From: Octopus vulgaris
Taxonomy: Eukaryota
DNA: 64,000 nt
Assembly: GCA_951406725.2 (NCBI GenBank)
Contig: OX597830.1
Location: forward strand, 40,486,001 to 40,550,000
Direction of reading: 5' to 3'
Made by a program: the position numbers and the translations under genes. Under the pieces are notes generated by a model. That model ran no database searches. It had not been told where the DNA came from and worked only from the letters and a program-made list of their open reading frames with translations. Below, in pieces: positions 1 to 12,005 of this stretch (its first letter is position 1; each line of letters starts with the position of its first letter).

Positions 1-98
1 CATGATGATGATGATGACAATGATCATGACGACGATGATGATGATGACAATGATGAAAATGATGATGATGATGATGATGACAACGATGATGATGATGA
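1..98. repeat. (GAT)n microsatellite
   Basis: Direct reading of imperfect GAT/GAC repeats. Confidence 0.95.
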
Positions 99-613
99 TA
101 TACTTTTCAAGCTTCAATTCATTTGGGAAGCTATTTGATCCGTTATCGCATATTGAAATTTGAAATAAGTGCATCATGATTGAATCACGGAAGCCATTCA
201 AAACACCTTTATATTGTAATAGTATATTACATACTATTATACAGTACTATTGTCATATATCATATAGTATTATATAGTATTGCAATAGTATATTATACAC
301 TATTAAGTATGAAAGTCTTTTGTCACACATCTACAACCTGATCGCTCATACTCTCCTCCTCTCTACATCTCAGCAATGATTCCACAGTGAAATATAGAGT
401 CATTGACCAGGTCATTCACATACGATGAAAGACTTCGATACTCAATAAAACAGAATACAAAAGTGAATATAATGGAATATATTGTGTGTTTTAAATAGCT
501 GCCACGACTCTACGACGATGTAATTGATAATTTGTCATTATCAGCTACAAGTCAGGCATTTAGGTTGAAGAAATGGAATTGTCATTAACTGAAGCCATTA
601 AAAAAAGAATTAC

Positions 614-667
614 CTTTGTAAAAAGAACTTGGTTGTAATATAAAAATGGCTAATGGTATTTCCAAAT
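614..667 (-). other. Candidate 54-nt cassette exon of an unidentified host gene
   Basis: Minus strand ttgttgttag|ATTTGG...TACAAAG|gtaatt. Length is a multiple of 3 and it is open in two phases (e.g. DLEIPLAIFILQPSSFYK). No recognisable homology. Confidence 0.2.
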
Positions 668-934
668 CTAACAACAACAACAACAAAAACAGCAGTAGCA
701 GCAGTAGCAGCAGCAACAAACAAACAAGCAAGCAATAACAGCAAAAAGAAAATGAAACCAAAAGAAAGGTGGAGAGGATGAAAGGAAGGAAGGAAGGAAG
801 GAAGAGAGATTCAACCGAATTAGTAGTTGTAATACTTCCTAATTCCTCTGTCAACACCAAACTCAATTGGCTGGTGATTATAGCAAGGCAATTAACACTG
901 AAGAATGGAGAATGTGCTAGTGGAACAGAATCAC

Positions 935-1053
935 GATGATGATGATGATGATGGTGGTGGTGATGGTGGTGGTGGTGGTGGTGGTGGTGATGACAATGAT
1001 GATTATGATGATGGTGATGAAAATGAATATAACAATAACAATTATGATTTATT

Positions 1054-1104
<51 letters not shown>

Positions 1105-1108
1105 TAAT
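935..1108. repeat. Compound (GAT)n/(GGT)n/(TAA)n microsatellite
   Basis: Direct reading. Confidence 0.95.
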
Positions 1109-2130
1109 AATAAGAGCACTCAGGGAGCACAAACCTCTGCCAAGGCAACACCAACGTCCTCTCAATGATTAGCTAGAGATCATTTTTAAAATGAGGATAT
1201 CTGAAATAAATTCGACTGCTCTCACAAACAAAAATGAACCTGACTGCTCTCAAAAATTAAGTAAAAAAACCGGAAAAATAATCCAGAATCCCTGTCCAGC
1301 ACCTGATCGATCCCAATGGTAGTCATGGAATGTGAAGGTGGGTGTTCAGGCTTTGTTTGTAATGCTGTGTGTTTGTCATCTGCAGTGAGAACAGGGACAG
1401 TTTTCTCCATGAAAGCCTTTTTTAGTCCACTGATATAGTGTCTTTATGACTATTAGGGTCTGTAGTGAAAAATTTATCCGTGCATGAAAGAAAACGGAAA
1501 GACCTGCATATGGTGCTGTTAACAGAGGTTTAACAACATCGTTGCACATAAAAATATGAGTCCAAGAAGTAAAGCTCCCTTCAAAGTAGAGCTAGAAATG
1601 CAATTGTCAAGTAGGTCAGAGGTTTTGAACAGGAATGATATATTCAAAATAGGTAAAACCAAAAATTGTCAAGGATAAATCAAATTTATTTTTGTTACTG
1701 AATATGTTAGTGGTATTTAATTTCTGTAGTTTTGCTGCCGTTTGTTTATATTTCTATGAAGATAGAGATGTGAGTAAAATTAATAATAGAGAAACGAAAA
1801 CAAAACTTTGGAAACAGCAATGCCACCATAGCTTATGGGGAAACCATGAGCATGCTTTCAAGGGAGATAATCATAAAGAAAGACTTGAAAGTCAACGTAA
1901 GATTGTAATACTTCATGTAAAGTAAAGTAAATATAACAAAAAATAATTCAGAACCCTTGCCCAGTACTGGATCGATCCCAAAATCTAATCAGTTCATGCC
2001 AGTCACGAGGCCAAACATCCCTAAAAGTTTCATCCAAATTCATCCAGCGGTTCTTGAGATATCTTGTCCATGGACAAACAGACAAACACAACTGAAAACA
2101 ATACATCTGCCTTCGCTAAAGCGGAGGTAA
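1109..2130 (-). mobile_element. Helentron-associated non-autonomous element (HINE/DINE-1/pearl-like) split by a ~610-bp insert
   Basis: 1109-1316 and 1926-2130 match the uninterrupted copy at 52604-52970. Subterminal IR acctc(c/t)gccaagg / ggcggaggt, terminal hairpin and (GTCT/GTTT)n tract are present. Confidence 0.7.
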
Positions 2131-2425
2131 TAATAATAATAATGATTATGATGATGATGATGATGATGATAATTACATAGACATAGACAAAATGTCATAA
2201 ATTTAAAGATTAATTTTTTTTATTGGCCACAAGGGCACGAGATACCATGAGACAAAAAATGGAAAGACAAAGTACAAAAGCAAACAACAAACATGAAATA
2301 GTAGCGGTGGGGGACAATTTATATTGAATCAAAAGGAGGGGGTAACACCACCAATAATAAAAACACATTAGAAATAGGTAATTATAAATACATCCCAGTC
2401 ATGACCATCCTGTCTTTTATTTTGG

Positions 2426-3430
2426 TTACGGTTCTCAGTCAGGATTCATATAACCCCTTGAAGTTCATATAGAATTTTTGGGAGTCCATGTAAGCAAAAT
2501 AGTAAATTAGGGATCCACATTGGTATTTTAAGAGTCCAAGAAAAGCTTTTGCCTTAGATATATTTATAACAAGAAACAGCTAGGGTTCTACCCATTAACC
2601 CTTTCATTACTGTATTTATTTTGAGATGCTCTGTGTTTCTTACAATTACTTTAACTAAAACAAAGAATTTAATAAAATAACATAGTTATCATTAAGCTAA
2701 TGTTAGGAACATAAATTGTGACTAAGATTTGGTGGAAGATTTTAATTCAAAACTTATGAAAACAAGACATTTGTACTACAGAGCCTGAGCCAGTTTCAGC
2801 TGGGTTGGTAACGAAAGGGTTAAATATAACAAAGAATTTAGGAAAAATAACTTAGTTATCATTCAGTTAGTGTTAGGAACATAAATTGTGACTAAGGTTT
2901 GGTGGAAGATTTTAATTCAAAACTTATGAAAACAATATATTTGTACTCAGAGCCAGAGCCAGTTTCAGCTAGGTTGGTATTGAAAGGGTTAAGAATTATT
3001 TCTCTATTATATATTTTAACCCTCCATTAGCATATTTATTTGAGATGCTCTGTTTCTTTCAATTAATTTCAAATATAACAAAGAATTTAGTAAAATAACT
3101 TAGTTATCATTAAGCTAATGTTAGGAACATAAATTGTGACTAAGGTTTGGTGGAAGATTTCAATTTAAAACTTATGAAAACAAGACATTTGTACTCAGAG
3201 CCAGAGGTGGTTTCAGTCAGGTTGGTAATGAAGGGGTTAAAATATGTCCTCACAGAAATTGCTATTGCGAACTTACACAAGTGAATGCATGGAAAACAAA
3301 ATAGGAATTTTGCAAGGAATACCTATAAAACTAGCATTTTAAACAATGAATAGCTATCAGGGTCCACCAGGATAAAATAGTAGTCAAGGGGATCCACAGA
3401 TGAAAAAGAAAAAATAGTTGAAAACTACTG
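2426..3430. mobile_element. Degenerate hAT/Charlie-like MITE hosting nested piggyBac-like MITEs
   Basis: Ends ggttctcagtc... / ...gttgaaaactactg resemble CAGTGGTTCTCAAC-type TIRs, with internal gggtccac motifs. Confidence 0.45.
2595..3240 (+). mobile_element. Three tandem copies of a ~220-bp piggyBac-like MITE
   Basis: TTAA|CCCTTTCATTAC ... GTAACGAAAGGG|TTAA. Copies at 2599-2819, 2824-2988 (5'-truncated) and 3020-3236. Confidence 0.8.
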
Positions 3431-3599
3431 ATTTAGATGTCATAGCTAAGATGAGGTTACCTAATCTGTCCTACCTTTTTCATAAAAGACAGTAGGATTG
3501 TGATTTGAGGGAGGTTTGGTTGATTGTTCTAGCAAGTTAAATGGACACAGAAAGGCTCCTTTAATGGTAGTGTTTTCTTGGAAGATGCTCAATAAGGCA

Positions 3600-4030
3600 A
3601 AAATCTTCCATGCTAACAAACTCTAAACACCTCAGAATATACAGATAGTATTCATCCAGCAGCACATATTTTTTTTAAGTATCTAACTCTTCCTGAGAGG
3701 AAATGGTCTTTCCCTCAAACTGTTCAACCATAGCCAGCATACAATTTATCTCACCATAGCAACCAAACAACCATGGAAGCTTTTCCCTCTTCTTATCCAA
3801 AGGAACACAATGAGTCAGTCTTCACAGTAAACTTGGCTCATAGCCAGAGCCACATCCTGTGTACAATCGACAGTGGTTTGACATGAACACACAAATCTGA
3901 AATACACAGACACTGGATGAGTGTATCTCAGATGGTTTTGTTACTCTTCCTGTATATCAGACAGGTTCAGTTGCTGGACGGAAGCTCTAGCTTGGCCATG
4001 CCTGTAAAACACTGCAAAGCCAAGAGCTTT
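3600..4030 (-). mobile_element. Highly decayed L1/Tx1-like ORF2 C-terminal fragment
   Basis: Minus-strand translation LALQCFTG...TCLIYRKSNKTI*DTLIQCLCISDLC resembles the CCHC (zf-RVT) region of L1/Tx1 ORF2. Many stops. Confidence 0.35.
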
Positions 4031-4139
4031 TAGAAATTGTCTATAATATGCAATCCATAATAGAAGACACTTGCCCAATGTGCCACACAATGAGATGGAA
4101 CCTGAAATCATTTGGGTGCCAAGTAAGATTCATAACTAG

Positions 4140-4515
4140 ACAGAGGCAAAGTGGGTGAGCTCCTTTCAAGTGTTGGGCCTCATGGAGGCATTGACCAAGA
4201 CATTGGCATTATGTTATGCTTGAGAAGAAGACCCACCAAGCCAAGTAAAATTGCAGTCGTGGCAGATACTGGTGTCATGCAAATGGCACCTGTGCCAGAG
4301 ACATGTAAAAAGCATCCACCATTACACTCTCAGAGAGTGATTGGCGTTAGGAAGAGCATCCAGCTGTAGAAAACCATGCCAAATCAGACTGGTGTCAGGT
4401 GCAGACCTCCAGCTTGCCAGCCCCAGTCAAACCATCCAACCCATGCCAGCATGGAAAACGGACGTTAAACAACAAGATGATGATGATGAAGATGATAATG
4501 ATGATGATGATGATG
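4140..4515 (+). mobile_element. SINE/RTE-tail family C copy ending in (GAT)n
   Basis: Shared block ttggcgttaggaag(a/g)gcatccagctgtagaaa...catgccagcatggaaaacggacgttaaac + (GAT)n. Also at 11325-11700, 16290-16630(-), 21545-21825(-), 31310-31670(-), 33825-34060(-), 38560-38740, 51420-51870(-), 54993-55157, 58715-59260. Confidence 0.85.
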
Positions 4516-4929
4516 AATCTAAAGACAAAAAAAATGCTACTAAGCATTTTAGCCAGAGTGCTTACAATTCAGCCAGGTTACCACCTTCCTCTGCCCCGTT
4601 AACAATAAATATTGTTTTGACTCTTCGCCAGTGTTGAGTCCTTTGCTCGATGCAGGATTAGTGTACACAAGCACGGAAATCAATAAAACAAGTATTTATT
4701 GTAAATATATTAATCTGTTGGGTAATGACATCTCAGTGAAGCAAATCTCATGGATGTATCAATCCAGCTTTTATCATTGTCCCCACTTTTCTAGTAAAGT
4801 GACCTTCTTCTTAGGAGAAAAGCTTTCCATATATTTTATTGGACGATGTTGTGAGTAATGGTGACAGATTAAAAGAATGAGACTGAGAGGGTGGAAGATG
4901 GATAGGAAGAAAGGTAGACTGACAGACTG

Positions 4930-5132
4930 AAGGTGGTGGTGGTGGTGGTGGTGGTAGTGGTAGTGGGAGTGGGAAGCAAAATAGGTATTAGAGAAAAGGA
5001 GGAGGAAAGTGACAGAGAAATGAGAAAGAAGGAAAGAGGAATAGAAGTGAAAAAAGAGAAAAGAAGGAAACAAAAGATGGAAGGAGGAAAAAGAAAGAAT
5101 AAGAAAAAAAAGAAACGGAATAAGCAGAACCG

Positions 5133-5182
<50 letters not shown>

Positions 5183-5451
5183 ATGCTGATGGTGATGTTG
5201 TGGTGGTGGTGGTGGTGGTGGTTGTGGTAGTGGTGGTGGTGGTGGTGATGGTGGTGATAACCACAATGACAAGAAAGAAAGAAAAAGAAAACAGAAAAAG
5301 CAATAAACAGAATGGTGGTGGTGGTGGTGGTGGTGGTGGTGGTGGTGGTGGTGGTGGTAGTGGTGGTAGTGGTGGTGAGGATGATGATGATGATGGTTAC
5401 ACTGGTTTTGGTGGTGACAATGGTAGTGATGGCAATGGCTACAACAATGAT

Positions 5452-5531
<80 letters not shown>

Positions 5532-5540
5532 CAGACAGAA
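4930..5540. repeat. Compound microsatellite block (GGT)n,(GCT)n,(GAT)n,(GAAA)n
   Basis: Direct reading. Explains the low-complexity ORFs at 4774-5647. Confidence 0.95.
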
Positions 5541-6006
5541 ACACTTTTACAATTCCGAATAAAATAAAATGCATTTATTTGTATTGTCAGCTTTTTTTTT
5601 TGTATTTTTTTTTTTTTTGTATTTTTGTTGTTTCCTTTCCATAACATAAAAGATGCAACTGGCCAATAAGTAAATTATTTTGTAGAACAGACTCCAAGGA
5701 GCAAGAATTCTTAAAATATTTTCACCGCATAAAATTTATTCCATTCTTTGAATTATCTGAAGAACTTTTAGCAGACACAGGACCTGACTTGCTGCCACAG
5801 ACTTTACTGTCTTAGCTTAGTTTTAAAATATGGCTGTCTCATTTGAGACCAACAATGACCATCCAAGCTGAAAGATTTGTAAGTCAGATGAGGAAATATG
5901 GAAAGTGATAAAGGAGGACATTTTTAGAAATGGTAATTAGAGAAATAGCTGCAGGCAGCCAACACAATTGCTATTTATTTATTTTATTATTTTAACTTGT
6001 TAAAAG

Positions 6007-6180
6007 ACACAGGTATGGATGTGTGGTTAAGAAGCTGCCTTAACAAGCATGTGGTTCTGGGTTTGGTCCCACTGTATTATACCTGGGACAAGTATCTTCT
6101 ACACTAGCCCCAGACCAACCGAAGTATTGGAAGTGGATTAGGTAGATAATAGATAAAAATTGAATGAAGCCCATTATATA
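6007..6180 (+). mobile_element. tRNA-derived CORE-type SINE (family A), 5' part
   Basis: A-box-like tggatgtgtggttaag, B-box-like ggtttggtccc, then gggacaagtatcttctac core. Matches many copies in the window. Confidence 0.8.
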
Positions 6181-6184
6181 CATT

Positions 6185-6845
6185 ATATAGGCAATGGCGA
6201 AGGACCAAGATCTCTGGAGATATGCTGTGACTGCAAAGACCCGGGCTGCTTCCTGCATCAGTTCCGCATAGCCCCTGCCCATTCAAAGTACCCCGGATCC
6301 CAGAACGTCCCGCTGTGCTTGAGGAGACCCGTTGAGTCAAGTACATGAACATGAACGTTGAAATAAATATCAATGGAAATAGTAGTTGTGATGCCTGTGC
6401 CGGTGGCACATAAAAAGCACTATCCGAACGTGGCCGATGCCAGCGCCGCCCCGACTGGCTTCTGTGCCGGTGGCACATAAAAAGCACCATCCGAACGTGG
6501 CCGATGCCAGCGCCGCCCCGATTGGCTCCTATGCCGGTGGCACATAAAAAGACCATCCGAACGTTGCCAGCGCCGCCTTGGCTGGCTTCCGTGCTGCTGG
6601 CACGTTAAAAGCTCCAACCGATCGTGACCGGTGCCGGACCCCCCCTGGCACCTGTGCAGGTGGCACGTAAAAAGCACACATTACACTCGCGGAGTGGTTG
6701 GCGTTAGGAAGGGCATCCAGCCGTAGAAACTCTGCCAGATCAGACTGGAGTCTGGAGCAGCCCCTGGCTTCCCAGACCCCGGTCGAACCGTCCAACCCGT
6801 GCTAGCGCGGAAAACGGATGTTAAACGATGATGATGATGATGATA
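6185..6845 (+). mobile_element. RTE LINE 3' end with tandem ~61-bp repeats and (GAT)n tail
   Basis: 6185-6250 matches the RTE ORF end at 34770-34830 (AMAKDQDLWRYAV). Followed by repeats containing gtgccggtggcacataaaaagcac and the family C tail. Confidence 0.85.
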
Positions 6846-6861
6846 TATATATATATATGTA

Positions 6862-6903
<42 letters not shown>

Positions 6904-6932
6904 TCTCTCTCTCTCACATATGCCTTATCATA

Positions 6933-7150
6933 ATACTTTCTACTATAAGTACAAGGACTGGAATTACTGTGGGGATGGGGACAATCAATCACATCGAACC
7001 CCAGTACTTGACTGGTACTTAATTTATTGACCTCGAAAGGGTGAAAGGCAAAGTCGACCTCGGTACAATTTGAACTCAGAACGTAGCAACAGACGAAATA
7101 CCGTTAAGCATTTCGCCCAGTGTGCTAACGATTCTGCCAGGTCGCTGCCT
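6933..7150 (-). mobile_element. tRNA-derived SINE family B
   Basis: Minus strand ctggcagaatcgttagc...ttctgagttcaaatt (B box)...gtcgactttgcctttca..ctttcgaggtcaataaa..agtaccag. Other copies at 14146-14362, 14403-14565, 17433-17662, 38797-39013(+), 47462-47865, 49101-49345, 52375-52590, 52993-53656, 59731-59942(+), 63358-63570(+), 63872-64000(+). Confidence 0.85.
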
Positions 7151-7224
7151 TCGAGATGCCTTATCACAATGCCACTTGTCACACTACAAGCAGGTTGTAA
7201 AGGTACATGGTCCAATATTTGGGG

Positions 7225-7495
7225 CGGTTGGCTCATGGTCATATAGTCGTGAGTTCAATTTCTGCTGGGGCATTGCATCCTTGAGCAAAACACTTTGTTT
7301 TATGATGCTCCACTCCACTCTCCTGGCAAAAATGAGATGTACCTGTAATTAAAAGGGCCAGCCTTCTGCGTAATACTGAATCCTCCCTCAGAATACATTA
7401 AGGGGACACATGTCTATGAAGTGCTCAACCATTTGCATGTTAATTTCATGAGTCAGCTGTTCCATTGATTATCTGATCATCTGGAACCCTTATCA
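7225..7495 (+). mobile_element. tRNA-derived CORE-type SINE (family D)
   Basis: gagttcaatttc B box followed by ccttgagcaaaacactt...ctccactccactc. Similar copies at 23497-23750, 36890-37210 and 32025-32290(-). Confidence 0.65.
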
Positions 7496-8588
7496 CCTCC
7501 AATGCTTTGGTTGGTCTGGGGCTATTGTAGAAGATACTTGTCCCAGGTACCATACAGTGGGACTGAACCCACAACCACTTGCTTGATAAGCCAGCTTCTT
7601 AACCACATATCCATACCTGTGTCTTTTAACAAGTTAAAATATATAAATAAATGGAGTGCTAGGTTTAACCAGCAGGCCAATGGTGGTTTTGATTCCTCGT
7701 TGCCCGCTAGAGACGGAGACTACCAAGAAATCATCTCAGCGATATTAAAGGTGAGAAGTTTTTCAAAAAACAGACAGAAGTCTGTGGAGATAACTTTCTC
7801 TTTTTGTGTTAAACCCAGGACTCTGACCTCCCAGACATACCTAAAATGGATTTGATCTCAAAACCTCAGAGCTTGTAAGTCTGGTCCAGTACGATACCAT
7901 GGCCATATCCGACTTGGTCAGTTCATTGGCCATTAGATAATGACCAAGAATGTAGAAACATAAAGTGGCAAGAGGTGAGGAGGAGAAGGAGGAGGAAGAG
8001 AATCGGAAGGGGTGGGGGTTGGGGGGTAGGATATAAACCACAGAAAGAGATGTGCACACATCAAGTAGGTAAAATTTATGACCTCATCATAGGAACACAT
8101 AATTTATTACTAGAAGCTGTCAAATATTTCTATCTACCATTTTAACACACACACACACCTCCACACACACACACACACACACGAAACATTGTTTATGGAA
8201 GCAAAAATACCGAAAAGAAAAGAAGAGAAAAAAAGCAAAAACAATGCAAACAACAAAAACCACAAAACAAAACTAATTTCAAGAGATAACTCGAACCTAT
8301 TCAACATCACTCTGCTATTTATATCGCACTCCATCTTATCATAGATTTTTATGGACAGTGAGGGTACGGGTGAGTTGGAGGAGGAGGAGGAGGGGGAGTA
8401 AGAGGAGGAAGTTATATTAAAATCAATGATTTTAGATTCTTTTTGTTTTTTTTTTTGGTTCTTTCACAATTGATAACCCCGAGAGTTATTGTTGGTTTGT
8501 TTAACTCCAGGTCAGCTCTGATTGAGTGGAGCTAGCATCAAAGGCATTCCACCCGTGACCACCCTGTGTGTGTGTGTGTGTGTGTATA

Positions 8589-8816
8589 TGACAGAGAGCT
8601 GAAAAGTTGCTGGCTTTAAGGGTACCATGAAAGGCCTGGTTGGAGGCCTGACCTTCTGAGTTCTTTTACAGGGCTTAGAAAAACTGAAGGACCATTGCAA
8701 TAAGTGTGTGAATCTGAGAGGGGAATATGTTGAACAAGATTATAATTAACTGATTCTCCTGTTAACTATAATTAAATGATTCTCACCCAAAGCCAGGAAC
8801 TTTTCAGCACCCCTTC

Positions 8817-8817
<1 letters not shown>
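8589..8817 (+). mobile_element. Non-autonomous mariner-type element (MITE)
   Basis: TA-flanked TIRs (gctgaaaagtt(g/c)ctggc at both ends). Internal remnant of a transposase C-terminus (..LKDHCNKCVNLRGEYVE). Confidence 0.75.
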
Positions 8818-8863
<46 letters not shown>

Positions 8864-8904
8864 CACACACACACACACACAGGATATCCATGAGTGTGTA
8901 TATA

Positions 8905-9080
8905 TATAGGGAGACTTTACGAAAAAAACAAAAGACGAAGACAGGTGGTGTACAAAACAAACAGATGTATTAGTATAACACTCAGGAACAGAATAAGTCT
9001 TTTATGTTTCGAGCCTATGCTCTTCTACAGAAAGGGACACAGAAAAAACAAAGAGAGAAAAAAATGTGTGCAGTGGCAAC

Positions 9081-9085
<5 letters not shown>
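8905..9085 (-). mobile_element. Short PLE-like repeat in (TA)n/(CA)n carrying a hammerhead motif
   Basis: Near-identical inverse copy at 20660-20785. Confidence 0.7.
8999..9034 (-). ncRNA. Minimal type-I hammerhead-like motif (CUGUAGA core variant)
   Basis: CTTT-CTGTAGA-A-GAGC ATAG GCTC-GAAAC-ATA-AAAG: stem I CUUU/AAAG, stem II GAGC/GCUC. Confidence 0.55.
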
Positions 9086-9136
<51 letters not shown>

Positions 9137-9137
<1 letters not shown>

Positions 9138-11051
9138 CATGTTTTCTCAAAAATAAGACCTAACCAGAAAATAAAACCTAGCATGTTTTTTTAGAATGAT
9201 TTTAATATAAGCCCCTCCCTTAAAATAAGCCCTAGTTGAGAGCAGCAGACAGATGGAGGAAATAAGCAACCTCTTCATATTGATTCAACTGCTTTGTTGC
9301 GGTGTATACAATGTTCAAAATATCTTTTTGGCAGCTTAAAATAATGACGTCACAAAACCTATCCTGGTGTTTCTTATGTAACTCAGATATTATTAACAAG
9401 CTATATGCCAATCAATAACCCATGTTCAGAGCTTTCAAATGTGTCATTAACATTTTCATCTGTGGTCAGTACTGGTCAGTTGATGCAAAAAACAATGAAG
9501 TACACATTTTCTTTGAAGGCAAATATCTCCCGGAAAACAACATGAAGAAATTGAATGGGAAATCATTTGTCAGGTCATTTTCACCCCAAGACAAGATGAA
9601 TACAAGAAGAAAGAGTTATTCCATTGAGTACAAGAAAGGAAATGTGGAGGAATCTGTTTTACGCAAAGAAAAGAATTTGGATCTCTGAATAGTTCAAAAA
9701 TGGAGAGTAAGCTACAATAAACACAGTCAACAAATGGACGAGGGAAATGCAAAGAAAGCAAGTGAGGATCAGGTCAGCAACCACCATTTTCTGAGCAGGA
9801 ACACATCATCTATGAATGGGTTTCTGATAGGAGAGCAAAGGCTTTGGTTGTTCGCAGAACTGATATTCAAGCATTTTCCCCTGCAAATGCACCACAGTTT
9901 GGTATATTTCCAGAAGAATTCAAAGCATCACAACACTGGCTGGATGGGTTTCCTTCAGTGACATGAACTTTCTCTGAGAAGGCCGGCAACACTGTTCAAA
10001 CTGGAAGATACCGAGATTATTAAACGTACACTTGCATTTAAGTCCTTTGTTGATAGGATAGACTTTTCTAATCTAAATACCATCTCTTCAACATGATTGC
10101 TGGGGATGAAACTGCAGCGTTCATAGACCAAGGACCTCAATCAACAATTGATCAAAGAGGTGTGTCATCAATCTACATTCCCTCCACTGGTTACAAAAAT
10201 GAACGAGTTACATGTATTTTGGCAATTCATCTCGATGGAAGTAAAGCCCCACCTCTAATCATCACTAAAAGCAGGAAGGATAAAACTGAACACATTTCAG
10301 GCACCAGTGTTTGGAAACTGAAAAGGCAAGGTGCACATAGGCAGTTTTAAGGAAGTGGATCAATTTCATGCTGCCACTTATTTTGCGAGGAGGCCAAAGA
10401 GGTCTGATAGTCTGGGATTCAGCCAGCACACACTGCACAAAAGGCATGAAGAACTTCCATGCAGAAAGAAGAATAGATCAAATCAGAATTCCTGCAGGAA
10501 TGGCTGCCTATCTCCAGACTCTCGACATTGCAATAAATAAACCAGGGAAGGACCATTTACGCATGGAAATTAATGACTATATAGAAAACAGAATGGTGAG
10601 AAATCAGTGTGGAAATTTTGTGAAACCCAGCCTGCAAAAGATCGAGAGATCGGGGATGAAAGTTCTGAAGAAAATGGAGTCACACGAATATTCCACAGGA
10701 ATTTTGGAATATGGTGATTTGCAGAACAATGACATTCCTGAGGATGATGACATGACTGTTTTTGTATAAATTGTTGTTTATGAGTTTCTAAGTAAAAGAA
10801 CATGTGAATCGTCACTGAAATGTAGATTGTTTTTCGTAATTTCTGTTTAATACATTTCTGTCGTAATAAATCAAGTAAATGTAGATTGTTTTTCATAATT
10901 TCTGTTTATTTAGTAATTTTGTAATTTTCTATTTCGTAATGTCATTTTTCAGTACATGAAAAAAATATGAACTCCTCTGAAAATAAGTCCTAGGGTGTCA
11001 TTTTGGAGGGAAAATTAATATAACCCTTGTCTTATTTTCAGGGAAACATGG
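9137..11051 (+). mobile_element. pogo/Tc2-type DNA transposon, full-length but decayed
   Basis: TIRs ccatgttttctcaaaaataagac / gtcttattttcagggaaacatgg, TA on the right flank, subterminal aaaataag(c/t)cctag repeats. Confidence 0.9.
9596..10769 (+). pseudogene. pogo-family DDE transposase pseudogene
   Basis: MNTRRKSYSIEYK N-terminus, ..IAGDETA.., RVTCILAIHLDGSKAPPLII, LIVWDSASTH, IPAGMAAYLQTLDIAINKP. Stops and frameshifts present. Confidence 0.88.
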
Positions 11052-11129
11052 TATTTGTGTATATATTTATATATTGCTAAAGTCATAGGGATTTATAAAC
11101 TTGAAGAGAATGTGAAATGATTCTTTTAT

Positions 11130-11313
11130 GGAATGGTGAAACTTGAAGCAGATAAAGCTATGAATACTGGGTTGTTCTATGAGCAGATAAAGCATGTAAA
11201 TACTGGGTTGTTCTATGAGCAGCCCTTGACGTTTTTCTATCCAAAAGTTTTTTTTAACCCATTATTTACATGCGAGAATTCATAGCTTTATCTGCTTCAA
11301 GTTTCACCATTCC
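11130..11313. repeat. Foldback: perfect 36-bp inverted repeat with nested inner IR and direct repeat
   Basis: 11130-11165 is the reverse complement of 11278-11313. Confidence 0.9.
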
Positions 11314-11744
11314 AAAAACGAATTATGCCAGTGCCGAGCATGGATCATTGCCAGGGCTGCCTGACTGGCTCTTGTGCTGGTGGCACATAAAAAGCACCAT
11401 TCAAGCGTGGGTCATTGCTAGTACCACCTGACAGGCTCCCATGCTGGTGGAACATAAAAAGCAGCAATCAAGCATGGTCAATGCCAGTACCGCCTGACTG
11501 GCCCTCATACCAGTGGCACATAAAAAGCACCCACTACACTCTCAGAGTGGATGAGGTTAGAAAGGGCATCCAGCAGTAGAAACCTTGCCAGATCAGACTG
11601 GAGCGTAGTGCAGCTTCTGGCTTGCTAGTCCTTGGTCAAACTGTCCAACCCATGGCAGCATGGAAAGCAGATGTTAAACAAGAATGATGACGATGATATT
11701 TGTGTGTGTGTGTGTGTGTGTGTGCATGTGCACATATATATATT

Positions 11745-11945
11745 CTTTTATTTGCTTCAGTCATTTGACTGTAGCCATTCTGGAGCACCGCTTTTACTCA
11801 AGGACTTATTCTTTGTAAGCCTAGTACATATTCTATTGGTCTCTTTTGCTGAACCGCTAAGTTACAGATACGTAAACACACCAGCATCAGTTGTCAAGCG
11901 ATGTTGGGGTGACAAACACACACACAAACATATATACACCCCCCC

Positions 11946-12005
<60 letters not shown>

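Noticed and set aside
585-1172. 189-aa and 78-aa ORFs with poly-I/H/L/V/N
   Set aside because: They are translations of trinucleotide microsatellites
4774-5647. Several 110-266 aa overlapping ORFs
   Set aside because: Stop-free simple repeats that are open in most frames, with no domain content
6395-6680. CRISPR-like regularly spaced palindromic repeats
   Set aside because: The 'spacers' are near-identical, so this is a tandem repeat. It lies in an RTE 3' UTR in eukaryotic context with no cas genes.
10368-10769. Functional or domesticated pogo transposase
   Set aside because: The upstream coding region has stops and frameshifts, and it sits inside TIRs
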